A stretch of 64,000 nt of DNA from an uncultured Pseudomonadota bacterium (GTDB taxonomy: Bacteria; Pseudomonadota; Gammaproteobacteria; Burkholderiales; SG8-39), in the NCBI GenBank assembly GCA_963834845.1, contig CAWICY010000004.1, forward strand, positions 2,848,459 to 2,912,458, read 5' to 3'. Both the position numbers and the translations under genes were made by a program. The notes beneath the pieces are model-generated. The model was given only the letters and a program-made list of their open reading frames with translations. It was not told where the DNA came from and did not search any database. Shown in pieces: positions 1 through 9,461 of the stretch. Each line of letters starts with the position of its first letter. Position 1 is the stretch's first letter.

Positions 1-1563
1 GGCGTGCCTGATGCTTCAGTGCCGGAACAGCGGGTTGCATTCGGCACCTCGGGGCATCGCGGCTCCGCTTTCGAGAACTCATTCAATGAGCGGCATGTTC
101 TGGCCATCAGTCAGGCCATCTGCGACTATCGCAAGCGGCAGAACATAGGCGGCCCGCTGTATCTCGGCATCGACACGCATGCGCTGTCCGTGCCAGCTTG
201 CGCCAGCGCGCTCGAGGTGCTGGCGGCCAACGGCGTCGAAGTCATGCTCGCGGACAAGGACGAATACACGCCCACGCCCGTCATTTCCCACGCGATCCTG
301 ACCTACAACCGCGGGCGCAGCGCAGGCCTGGCCGACGGCATCGTCATCACGCCCTCCCACAACCCGCCCGATAACGGCGGCTTCAAGTACAACCCGCCCA
401 ATGGCGGGCCGGCGGATAACGACGTCACCGGATGGATCGAAGCCAGGGCCAACGAGCTTCTGCAATGCGGCCTGCAGGGCGTGAAGCGAATTCCCCACGC
501 AAAGGCGTTGCGCGCCGCCACCACGCACCAACACGACTTTCTCGGCGCGTACGTGAGCGACCTCGCCAACATCCTCGACATGGATGCGATCCGCGGCGCA
601 AACGTCCGCATGGGCGTGGATCCGCTCGGCGGCGCCGGGGTCCACTACTGGGGCCCGATTTCCGAGCGCTATGGCCTGAATCTCACGGTCGTGAACGATG
701 TGGTCGATCCGACCTTCCGCTTCATGACGCTCGATTGGGACGGCCGCATCCGCATGGATCCGTCCTCGCCCTACGCCATGCAGCGCCTGATCGACCTCAA
801 GGACCGATTCGACATCGCCTTCGCCTGCGACACGGATCATGACCGGCACGGGATCGTCACCAGGAACGCGGGCCTGCTGCCGCCCAACCATTACCTTTCG
901 GTCGCCATCTTCTACCTTTTCCAGCACCGGCCGAAGTGGAGCAAATCGGCGGCAGTGGGCAAGACGCTGGTCAGCAGCCAGATGATCGACCGCGTCACGG
1001 CGAAGCTCGGCCGCAAGCTCTACGAAGTGCCGGTCGGCTTCAAGTGGTTCGTCGACGGCCTGCTCGACGGCTCACTCGGCTTCGGCGGGGAAGAGAGCGC
1101 GGGGGCGTCTTTCCTCCGTCTGGATGGCAGCGTCTGGACCACCGACAAGGACGGCATTGTCCCGGCTTTGCTGTCGGCGGAGATTACCGCGCGCATGGGC
1201 CGCGATCCCGGCGCAATCTACCGCGAGCTGGCGCGCGAGTTCGGCGAACCTGTTTCCGACCGCGTCGAGGCGCCGGCGACCCCGAAGCAAAAGCAGGCGC
1301 TGGCGCGGCTTTCGCCGCAGCAGATTCGCTCTGCAGAGCTGGCTGGCGAGAAGATCCGGACCATCCTCACCCGCGCGCCCGGCAACGACGCGCCCATCGG
1401 CGGGTTGAAGGTAGTGGCCGAAAACGGATGGTTTGCGGCGCGCCCCTCCGGCACCGAGGACATCTACAAGATCTATGCCGAGAGCTTCCGTGGAGCGGAT
1501 CATCTGCGCCGGATCCTGGAGGAAGCACGGGCCATCGTCGCTGCCGCGCTGAACGGGCAATAA
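1..1563 (+). CDS. pgm: phosphoglucomutase, 5' end cut by window edge
   Basis: ORF 4..1563. Motifs [33 protein letters not shown] and RPSGTED. Collinear with E. coli Pgm starting roughly 25-30 residues into the protein. Confidence 0.9.
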   Translation, partial: GVPDASVPEQRVAFGTSGHRGSAFENSFNERHVLAISQAICDYRKRQNIGGPLYLGIDTHALSVPACASALEVLAANGVEVMLADKDEYTPTPVISHAILTYNRGRSAGLADGIVITPSHNPPDNGGFKYNPPNGGPADNDVTGWIEARANELLQCGLQGVKRIPHAKALRAATTHQHDFLGAYVSDLANILDMDAIRGANVRMGVDPLGGAGVHYWGPISERYGLNLTVVNDVVDPTFRFMTLDWDGRIRMDPSSPYAMQRLIDLKDRFDIAFACDTDHDRHGIVTRNAGLLPPNHYLSVAIFYLFQHRPKWSKSAAVGKTLVSSQMIDRVTAKLGRKLYEVPVGFKWFVDGLLDGSLGFGGEESAGASFLRLDGSVWTTDKDGIVPALLSAEITARMGRDPGAIYRELAREFGEPVSDRVEAPATPKQKQALARLSPQQIRSAELAGEKIRTILTRAPGNDAPIGGLKVVAENGWFAARPSGTEDIYKIYAESFRGADHLRRILEEARAIVAAALNGQ

Positions 1564-1587
1564 CTATCCCCTGCAAAGGCCAGTCCC

Positions 1588-3960
1588 GTGCCCACGCCCG
1601 ATTCCGCTGGACCCGCGGCGCCCGCGCTGCCACCGACCGACCATCAGCAGGGCCTGAGCGCCACCGAGGCGCAGCAACGGCTGGCGCAGGTCGGTCCCAA
1701 TGCCATTGCCGGCAAGGTCGTGCCGGCGTGGCGGCAGCTTCTCGCCAAGTTCTGGGCGCCGGTGCCATGGATGCTCGAGGCGGTGATCGTGCTCCAGCTC
1801 GTGCTGGCGCGCTGGATGGAAGCGCTGGTGATCGCCGCGCTGCTGGTGTTCAACGCGGTGGTGGCCTTCGCCCAGGAGCAGCGCGCCAAGGATGCGCTGG
1901 CGCTGCTGCGCAAGCAGTTGCATGTCAATGCGCGCGTGCTGCGCGACGGAAAGTGGAGCCAGATCCCGGCCGAGCGGGTCGTGCCGGGCGACATCGTGCA
2001 TGTGCGCGCGGGCGATCTGGTACCGGCCGACCTGGCGCTGTTCGACGGCGCAGTGGCGCTGGACCAGGCGGCCCTCACCGGCGAATCGCTGCCGGTGGAT
2101 TGCGGCCCCGGCAAGCCGGCCTATACGGGCGCCATCGTGCGCCAGGGCGAGGCCAGCGGCGAAGTCAGCGCCACCGGCGCCCACACGTTCTACGGACGCA
2201 CCGCGGAACTCGTACGCACGTCCAACGCGCCCAGCCACATGCAGCGCACCATCTTCGCCATCGTGAAGCGGCTGGTGATTTTCGACGCCGCGCTGGTGGT
2301 GCTGGTGGTGGTCTACGCCCTGCTGCGCCACATGCCCTTGGCGGACACCGCGGTGTTCTCGCTGATGCTCCTGGTGGCGTCAGTGCCTGCGGCGCTGCCT
2401 GCCACCTACACCCTCGCCACTGCCATCAGCAGCATGCAGCTCGCGCACCAGGGCGTGCTGGTCACCCGCCTGCCCGCGGTGGAAGAAGCCGCGGCGATGG
2501 ACACGCTGGTGTCGGACAAGACTGGCACGCTGACGCAAAATACGCTGACCCTGGCCGGCGTGACCGCGCTTGCCGCCGGCAGCGACGAGCACGCCGTGCT
2601 GCGCGCTGCCGCTCTGGCCAGCGACGATGCCACCCAGGACCCGCTGGACCTCGCCGTGCTCGCTCCCGCGCGCGCTCAAGGTCTGCTCAAGGATGCCCCG
2701 GGGCGGCAGGCCTTCCACCCCTTCGACCCTGCCACCCGGCGCAGCGAAGGCGTGTACACCGTGGATGGGCACGAATGGCATGCGCTCAAGGGCGCGGCCA
2801 GCGTCATCGGGCCGCTATGCAAGCTCGGCGCCGAACAACGGGCCGCGCTGGATGCGGCCGAGCGCAAGCTGGCCGAAAGCGGCGCACGCGTACTGGCGGT
2901 GGCCGTCGGGCCCCTGGAATCGCTGCAACTGCTGGGTGTGGTGGGCCTGTCGGACCCGCCACGTCCCGACGCTGCCGATCTCATCAAACAGCTGACCCAG
3001 CTCGGCGTTCGCGTGCGCATGGCCACCGGCGATGCGCTGGAGACCGCCCGCGCCATCGGCGCCAGGCTGGGCCTGGGCACGCGCGTATGCGAGGCCAAGG
3101 GCGAGGCCTTGCACGACCCCGAGAACTGCGATCTGTTCGCCCGCGTGCTGCCCGAGGGCAAGCACGCCATCGTGCAGGCGCTGCAGCGCACCGGTCATGT
3201 CACCGGCATGACCGGCGACGGCGTCAACGACGCCCCGGCGCTGCGCCAGGCCGAGCTCGGCGTCGCAGTGGCCAGTGCCACCGACGTGGCCAAGGCGGCG
3301 GCCGGCGTGGTTCTGACCGACCCCGGCCTGGGCGGAGTGCTGACCGTGGTGCGCACCGGGCGCGAAGTGCATCGGCGCATGCTGACCTACACCCTGAACA
3401 AGACGCTCAAGACCGTCGAGATCGTGGTGTTCCTCACTCTCGGACTGTGGCTCACGGGCAGTTTCGTCATGTCGGCCACGCTGATCGTGCTGCTGCTGTT
3501 CACCAATGATTTCGTCACCATGACCATCGCCACGGACCGCGTGCAGCCAGCAGCCATGCCGCAGCGCTGGGCGGTGGGGCGTCTGATGGGCGCAGCGTCG
3601 GTGTTCGGGGCGCTGTCGTTGCTGTTTTCCTTTTCAGCGTATTGGTGGACGCGCAGCACACGGGGCTTGAGCCCGGCGCAACTGCAAACCGTCGTGTTTC
3701 TGCTGCTGGTGTTCACCAACCAGGCCTGCATCTATGTGCTGCGCACCGACGGCAGGCTATGGTCCTTCGCGCCCGCACGCTGGATGGCCTTGGCAAGCTT
3801 GAGCGATATCGTCGCCGTAAGCCTGTTCGCCCTATTGGGCTGGCTGATGGCGCCGCTGCCAGCCGCGCTGGTCGTGGGTTTGCTCATCGCCTGCGCGGCC
3901 TTCGCGCTGCTGCTGGACCAGGCCAAGCGCTTTGTATTTCCGCGCTTTGCCATCGTCTGA
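1588..3960 (+). CDS. P-type ATPase, type IIIA (plasma-membrane H+-ATPase-like)
   Basis: 790 aa. TGES actuator motif, DKTGTLT phosphorylation site, MATGD, GDGVNDAPAL. N-terminus GLSATEAQQRLAQVGPNA is typical of the proton-efflux subfamily. Confidence 0.8.
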   Translation: MPTPDSAGPAAPALPPTDHQQGLSATEAQQRLAQVGPNAIAGKVVPAWRQLLAKFWAPVPWMLEAVIVLQLVLARWMEALVIAALLVFNAVVAFAQEQRAKDALALLRKQLHVNARVLRDGKWSQIPAERVVPGDIVHVRAGDLVPADLALFDGAVALDQAALTGESLPVDCGPGKPAYTGAIVRQGEASGEVSATGAHTFYGRTAELVRTSNAPSHMQRTIFAIVKRLVIFDAALVVLVVVYALLRHMPLADTAVFSLMLLVASVPAALPATYTLATAISSMQLAHQGVLVTRLPAVEEAAAMDTLVSDKTGTLTQNTLTLAGVTALAAGSDEHAVLRAAALASDDATQDPLDLAVLAPARAQGLLKDAPGRQAFHPFDPATRRSEGVYTVDGHEWHALKGAASVIGPLCKLGAEQRAALDAAERKLAESGARVLAVAVGPLESLQLLGVVGLSDPPRPDAADLIKQLTQLGVRVRMATGDALETARAIGARLGLGTRVCEAKGEALHDPENCDLFARVLPEGKHAIVQALQRTGHVTGMTGDGVNDAPALRQAELGVAVASATDVAKAAAGVVLTDPGLGGVLTVVRTGREVHRRMLTYTLNKTLKTVEIVVFLTLGLWLTGSFVMSATLIVLLLFTNDFVTMTIATDRVQPAAMPQRWAVGRLMGAASVFGALSLLFSFSAYWWTRSTRGLSPAQLQTVVFLLLVFTNQACIYVLRTDGRLWSFAPARWMALASLSDIVAVSLFALLGWLMAPLPAALVVGLLIACAAFALLLDQAKRFVFPRFAIV

Positions 3961-4004
3961 CGGCTGCTTTCGCCGGGAACGGCGTCGAGGACAAATTTGA
4001 AGGA

Positions 4005-6557
4005 ATGACCATGAGTGAACAAGCCCGGGCTAGCCACCCGCTATACGGTCTGCTCCCTACGGACGTCGATGGTTTCGATTCCCTGGCCGAGCTTGCCCTG
4101 GATATGCGTTCGTCCTGGAACCATGCCACCGACCAGGTGTGGCGGCAGCTGGATCCCGTGTTGTGGGAACTCACGCATAACCCCTGGGGCATCCTGCAGA
4201 CGGTCTCCCGGGATCGGATCGAGCGCGTGTCGGCCGATCCTGTTTTCCGCAAGAGCGTCGACGGCCTGGTCCGAGCGAGACGCCAGGCGGCAGAGGCGCC
4301 GGCGTGGTTTCAGCAGACCTACCCGCAATCTTTGCTGAGCTGTGTTGCGTACTTCAGTATGGAATTCATGTTGAGCGAAGCCTTGCCCATCTACTCGGGC
4401 GGGCTTGGCAACGTGGCGGGGGATCAGCTTAAGGCCGCCGGCGATCTGGGCGTGCCGGTGGTCGGCGTGGGACTGCTGTACCAGCAGGGCTATTTCCGCC
4501 AGGTGATCGACAAGGATGGGGCCCAACAGGCGCTCTTCCCGTATAACGACCCCGGGCAGCTGCCGGTCACGCCTTTACGCCAGAAAAACGGCGAGTGGTT
4601 GCGGTTGGAGATCGCCCTCCCTGGTTACTCCGTCTGGCTGCGCGCCTGGCAGGTCCAGGTCGGCAGAGGGAAGCTCTACCTGCTCGACAGCAATGACCCG
4701 GCAAACATCCCTGCTCATCGGGGGATTACCAGCGAGCTGTATGGCGGCGGGCCGGAGCTGCGTCTCAAGCAGGAGCTGCTGCTCGGGATCGGCGGATGGC
4801 GACTTCTCGCCGCGCTGGGAATCCAGCCGGAAGTCTGCCACCTGAATGAAGGCCACGCAGCCTTTGCGGTGCTGGAGCGCGCGCGCGGCTTCATGCAAGA
4901 GAGCGCGCAGCCCTTCGAGGCCGCGCTGGCAGTCACGCGAGCGGGGAACCTCTTCACCACCCACACGGCGGTGGCTGCGGGCTTCGACCGCTTCGCTCCG
5001 GCGCTCATCGAGCAATACCTCGGCGGTTATGCCGAGCAGAAGCTCGACATCACGCTGCACGATTTGCTGGCCCTGGGACGCAGCAACCCGAACGATGCGT
5101 CAGAACCCTTCAACATGGCCTATCTCGCGATCCGGGGCAGCGGGGCGGTCAATGGCGTGAGCCGCCTGCATGGCAAGGTGAGCCGGCACCTGTTCGAGCC
5201 GCTCTTTGCGCGCTGGCCGCAGGAGGAAATCCCGGTCGGACACGTGACCAATGGCATCCACGTGCCGACCTGGGACTCGGCCCCGGCCGATGAGCTCTGG
5301 ACGCAATCCTGCGGAAAAGACCGCTGGCTGGGGACGACCGATACCCTGGAGCAGGACATACGCTGTGTCTCCGACGCCGGCCTCTGGCAGTTTCGTACCG
5401 CCGCCAGGAAGTCTCTTGTCGAGTACGCCCGCGAGCGATTGTCCCGCCAACTGGCCGCCTCAGGCGCGTCGCCCGAGGCGGTCGACGGCGCGAAGCACCT
5501 GTTCGATCCCGACAGACTGACCCTTGGCTTTGCGCGCCGCTTCGCGACCTACAAGAGGCCGAACCTGCTGTTGCATGACCCGGAGCGGCTGCTGCGCCTG
5601 TTGGCCAACCCGCAGCGCCCGGTGCAACTCATCATGGCGGGCAAGGCTCATCCGGCGGACCAGGCAGGCCAGGCGCTGATCCAGCAATGGATGCATTTCG
5701 TCCGGCGGCCCGAGGTGCGCCCCCATGCGATATTCCTCAGTGACTACGACATGCTCCTGACCGAGCACCTGGTGCAGGGAGTCGACGTTTGGCTCAACAC
5801 CCCGCGGCGCCCCTGGGAAGCCTGTGGAACCAGCGGCATGAAGGTGCTCGTCAACGGCGGCATCAATCTCTCGGAGCTGGACGGCTGGTGGGCGGAAGCC
5901 TATACGCCGGAGGTAGGGTGGGCGTTGGGGGATGGCCAGGAACATGATAACGATCCCGCCTGGGACGCTATCGAGGCTGAAGCCCTCTATGACCTGCTCG
6001 AGCGCGAGGTGGTCCCCGAGTTCTATACGCGCGACGAGCAGGGCATCCCCGGCGCGTGGGTGGCGCGTATGCGCGAAAGCATGGCGCAGTTGACGCCGCG
6101 CTTTTCCACCAGCCGCGCTGTGCGCGAATATACCGAGCAACACTACCTCCCGGCGGCGTCAGCCTATCTCGCGCGGGCTGTCGATAAAGGCGCAAGCGGC
6201 GCGCAGCTAGTTGATTGGCGGCACGCGCTGGAAAGAATATGGACTGCGCTACGCTTCGGCGAGGTGAAGGTAGAGACTGCCGGCGAGCAGCACGTCTTTG
6301 AGCTTCAGGCGTATCTCGATGATCTCGACCCGGAGTCCGTGCGGGTCGAGCTCTATGCCGATGGTATTAACGGTAGCGCGCCGGAGCGAGTGAAGATGAA
6401 GCGCGTTCGCCAACTTGCCGGCGCGTCGGGCGGCTACGCTTACCACGCAGCCATGCCTGCGGCCCGCCCGGCGTCTGACTATACGGCGCGCGTGATACCG
6501 AACTTCCCCAGTGCAGCGGTTCCGCTGGAAGCCCCCCAGATCCTGTGGCAGCGGTGA
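4005..6557 (+). CDS. glgP: alpha-glucan phosphorylase (GT35, short bacterial/archaeal type)
   Basis: In-frame ATGs at 4005 and 4011, just after GAAGGA, inside the longer track ORF 3642..6557. Motifs GGLGNVAGD and PWEACGTSGMK (PLP lysine region). Confidence 0.85.
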   Translation: MTMSEQARASHPLYGLLPTDVDGFDSLAELALDMRSSWNHATDQVWRQLDPVLWELTHNPWGILQTVSRDRIERVSADPVFRKSVDGLVRARRQAAEAPAWFQQTYPQSLLSCVAYFSMEFMLSEALPIYSGGLGNVAGDQLKAAGDLGVPVVGVGLLYQQGYFRQVIDKDGAQQALFPYNDPGQLPVTPLRQKNGEWLRLEIALPGYSVWLRAWQVQVGRGKLYLLDSNDPANIPAHRGITSELYGGGPELRLKQELLLGIGGWRLLAALGIQPEVCHLNEGHAAFAVLERARGFMQESAQPFEAALAVTRAGNLFTTHTAVAAGFDRFAPALIEQYLGGYAEQKLDITLHDLLALGRSNPNDASEPFNMAYLAIRGSGAVNGVSRLHGKVSRHLFEPLFARWPQEEIPVGHVTNGIHVPTWDSAPADELWTQSCGKDRWLGTTDTLEQDIRCVSDAGLWQFRTAARKSLVEYARERLSRQLAASGASPEAVDGAKHLFDPDRLTLGFARRFATYKRPNLLLHDPERLLRLLANPQRPVQLIMAGKAHPADQAGQALIQQWMHFVRRPEVRPHAIFLSDYDMLLTEHLVQGVDVWLNTPRRPWEACGTSGMKVLVNGGINLSELDGWWAEAYTPEVGWALGDGQEHDNDPAWDAIEAEALYDLLEREVVPEFYTRDEQGIPGAWVARMRESMAQLTPRFSTSRAVREYTEQHYLPAASAYLARAVDKGASGAQLVDWRHALERIWTALRFGEVKVETAGEQHVFELQAYLDDLDPESVRVELYADGINGSAPERVKMKRVRQLAGASGGYAYHAAMPAARPASDYTARVIPNFPSAAVPLEAPQILWQR

Positions 6558-6578
6558 TCCGCTCAATAAGGAGGTGCA

Positions 6579-7136
6579 ATGTTGAAAGGTATTCTTCTGG
6601 GAGTCGCATTGACGCTGGTCGTTGCCACGGTCGGCGCTTACTTTCTGGTGCGAAGCGGACTTATTCCGGCCAATGCCGATGCAAAACCCGGTCGGCTGGA
6701 AACCTGGGCGGCCGGTACTTCGCTGGATGCGACATTGGGTCGCGTCGCCCCGAAGGGCGAAAATCCGGTGCCGCTGACCGAGCAGAATCTCCTCGATGGC
6801 GTGCAGCTCTTTGCGCAGAACTGCGCGGTTTGCCATGGTTCCGCGAAGGGGGCTGCGTCCCCGTCACCGATCGCGCAAGGCCTCTATCAAAAGCCGCCGC
6901 AACTGGCGACCGACGGGGTTGAGGACGACCCGGAAGGCGATTCGTTCTGGAAGATCAAGCATGGCATTCGTCTGACGGGCATGCCTTCGTTCGGATCCTC
7001 CCTCAGCGACCGGCAGATCTGGACGCTCGCGCTTTTCCTGAAGCACATGGACAAGCTGCCGCCCGCGGCAAAGCAGGCTTGGCAGCAAGTCCAGAACTGG
7101 CCGGTGAGGTCCCTGGATCAGACGGGTCAGAGATAG
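6579..7136 (+). CDS. membrane-anchored monohaem c-type cytochrome
   Basis: N-terminal hydrophobic helix, a single CAVCHG haem site, and a distal MPSF methionine region. Confidence 0.7.
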   Translation: MLKGILLGVALTLVVATVGAYFLVRSGLIPANADAKPGRLETWAAGTSLDATLGRVAPKGENPVPLTEQNLLDGVQLFAQNCAVCHGSAKGAASPSPIAQGLYQKPPQLATDGVEDDPEGDSFWKIKHGIRLTGMPSFGSSLSDRQIWTLALFLKHMDKLPPAAKQAWQQVQNWPVRSLDQTGQR

Positions 7137-7139
7137 TCC

Positions 7140-9323
7140 ATGTCAGATCAGGCTACGTCCGAGCGCCCTCTGCGTGATTACGCGGCGGCGGTATCGGAGC
7201 GGACTGATGTTCGAACTGGCGTGCCATTGCCTCTGGGAACCTATGCCCGTGACGCAGGAGTGAACTTTGCGTTGTTCAGCCGACACGCCAGCCGCGTTCG
7301 GCTGGAGTTGTTTGATCATCCCGGCGATGCCACGGCCGCCAGGGCGATCGATCTCGACCCTGCGCGCAACCGCACGGGTGATGTCTGGCACGTCTGGGTC
7401 GAGGGGATTCGCCCCGGTCAACTCTATGCCTACCGGGTGGATGGCCCGTACCAACCCACGGAAGGACATCGCTTCAATTTCAACAAGCTGCTGCTGGACC
7501 CCTGTGCGACCGCGATTTCGCCGTTGCCTGATTGGGATTTTGGCCCGGCGCGCGGCTATGACCTGTCTGCGCCGGCGCGAGACCTGGTCTGTTCGAAAGT
7601 CGATGATGCCGCAGCCATGCCGAAATGCGTGTTCACGCATGAGTACTTCCAGTGGCATGACGACCGGCCGCTCCGACATCCGTGGTCAGACACGGTGATT
7701 CATGAAACGCATGTTCGCGGCTTCACCATTCGTCCGAACTCCGGCGTCGGGCATCCCGGTACCTACCGCGGCCTGATGGAAAAGATCCCCTATTTGAAGG
7801 AATTGGGGATAACGGCCGTGGAATTGATGCCGGTACACGAGTTCAACGATTGCCAGCTGCCGGGCGTCGATCCGCAGACGGGTGAGGGGCTGAAAAATTA
7901 CTGGGGCTACGATCCCGTGGCCTTCTTTGCGCCGAAAGCCTCCTACAGCAGTGCGGGAGGCCTGGGCCAGCAGAAGCTGGAGTTCAAGGAAATGGTCCTG
8001 GCGCTCCATCGTGCCGACATCGAAGTGATGCTGGATGTCGTGTTCAATCACACCGCGGAGGGAAACGAATTGGGCCCGACGCTGTGTTTTCGCGGGATCG
8101 ATAACGCGATCTTCTACACCCTGGCGGCCGACAAGCGCCACTACATGGACTACACGGGCACCGGCAATACCGTCAACGCCAACCATCCCGTGGTGCGAGA
8201 TCACATCCTGGCCGCATTGCGCTACTGGGTGCTGGAGATGCACGTGGATGGGTTTCGCTTCGACCTTGCGTCGATTCTCGGCCGAGACGGCACCGGCAAG
8301 CTGCTGGCCAATGCACCGCTGCTCGAACGCATCGCCGAAGACCCGATCTTGCGAGACGTGAAGATCATCGCCGAGGCGTGGGACGCCGCGGGAGCGTATG
8401 AGGTCGGGAGCTTCTCCGAGCGGCGCTGGGCGGAGTGGAACGGCCGCTACCGTGATGACGTGCGACGCTTCTGGCGCGGCGACGACGGCATGCTCGGCCT
8501 GTTCGCCAGCCGCATCTGCGGCAGCGCCGACATCTACGCCGCGTCGGGCAAAGGCCCCGAGGGCAGCATCAATTTCATCACCTGCCACGACGGCTTCACT
8601 CTGAACGACCTGGTGAGCTACCGCGCCAAGCACAATAACGCAAATGGCGAAAACAACCATGACGGGACCGATGCCAACTTCAGCGAGAACTACGGCGCCG
8701 AAGGCGAGACAACGGACGCTGAAATCGAGGCCGTGCGCAAACGCCAAATCAAGAACTTCCTGCTGACTCTGCTGATCTCGCGCGGGGTGCCGATGCTGTT
8801 GGGTGGAGACGAATTTCGCCGCACGCAGGGCGGCAACAACAACGCGTACTGCCAGGACAACAACGTAAGCTGGGTTGACTGGTCCTTTCTTGAACAGCAT
8901 CGAGAGATCTTCCGCTTTGCCCGCGGCCTGATCTCCTTTCGCCGTGAGCATCCGATGCTGAGCCGGGAGCAGTTCTACACGGACGCCGAGATCGAATGGT
9001 TCGACCCGCAAGGAGGGCCGCCCGACTGGGCCGAACCGAAAGACAAGCGGCTTGCCTGTCTGGTCCACGAAAGCGAGCAAGGGGCCTTGTACCTGTTGTT
9101 CAATGCCAGCGCCAAGCAAGCGGACTTCCGCCTGCCGCCCATGCAGGATGGCGCCCGCTGGCACCTCGCAGTGGACACGTGCCGCGAAGCACCACAAGAC
9201 TTGTTTGTCGCGGGCGAGGAGCCGCTCTTGGACAGTTCGGAGCTGTACCACGCAGGCCCGCGCTCCAGCGCCATCCTCGTAGCGCGCCCGCCGGCTGCCC
9301 GGGGCGGCAGCAGCGTGTCGTGA
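7140..9323 (+). CDS. glgX: glycogen debranching enzyme (GH13)
   Basis: 727 aa. GH13 regions VVFNHT, GFRFDLAS, EAWD and ITCHDGFTLND. Confidence 0.9.
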   Translation: MSDQATSERPLRDYAAAVSERTDVRTGVPLPLGTYARDAGVNFALFSRHASRVRLELFDHPGDATAARAIDLDPARNRTGDVWHVWVEGIRPGQLYAYRVDGPYQPTEGHRFNFNKLLLDPCATAISPLPDWDFGPARGYDLSAPARDLVCSKVDDAAAMPKCVFTHEYFQWHDDRPLRHPWSDTVIHETHVRGFTIRPNSGVGHPGTYRGLMEKIPYLKELGITAVELMPVHEFNDCQLPGVDPQTGEGLKNYWGYDPVAFFAPKASYSSAGGLGQQKLEFKEMVLALHRADIEVMLDVVFNHTAEGNELGPTLCFRGIDNAIFYTLAADKRHYMDYTGTGNTVNANHPVVRDHILAALRYWVLEMHVDGFRFDLASILGRDGTGKLLANAPLLERIAEDPILRDVKIIAEAWDAAGAYEVGSFSERRWAEWNGRYRDDVRRFWRGDDGMLGLFASRICGSADIYAASGKGPEGSINFITCHDGFTLNDLVSYRAKHNNANGENNHDGTDANFSENYGAEGETTDAEIEAVRKRQIKNFLLTLLISRGVPMLLGGDEFRRTQGGNNNAYCQDNNVSWVDWSFLEQHREIFRFARGLISFRREHPMLSREQFYTDAEIEWFDPQGGPPDWAEPKDKRLACLVHESEQGALYLLFNASAKQADFRLPPMQDGARWHLAVDTCREAPQDLFVAGEEPLLDSSELYHAGPRSSAILVARPPAARGGSSVS

Positions 9324-9461
9324 GCACTGCGTACGACAACGTACAGACTCGATCGGGCCCTGCCACTACGGTTTCGAGAAGCGCGCGAACGCCACAATTC
9401 GGAGCGCGTGGGGCACCGAAGGGCTCTTTATGATGAACCAAACCGATGGCTGGATGGGCGG

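Noticed and set aside
936-3509. Very long alternative-frame and antisense ORFs, for example 936..3509+, 79..927-, 7686..9251-, 9941..11755-, 31861..34287+, 54609..55961- and 57674..59725-.
   Set aside because: They overlap genes with clear family signatures. They encode Arg/Ala/Gly/Pro-rich sequence typical of shadow frames in high-GC DNA and have no recognisable motifs.
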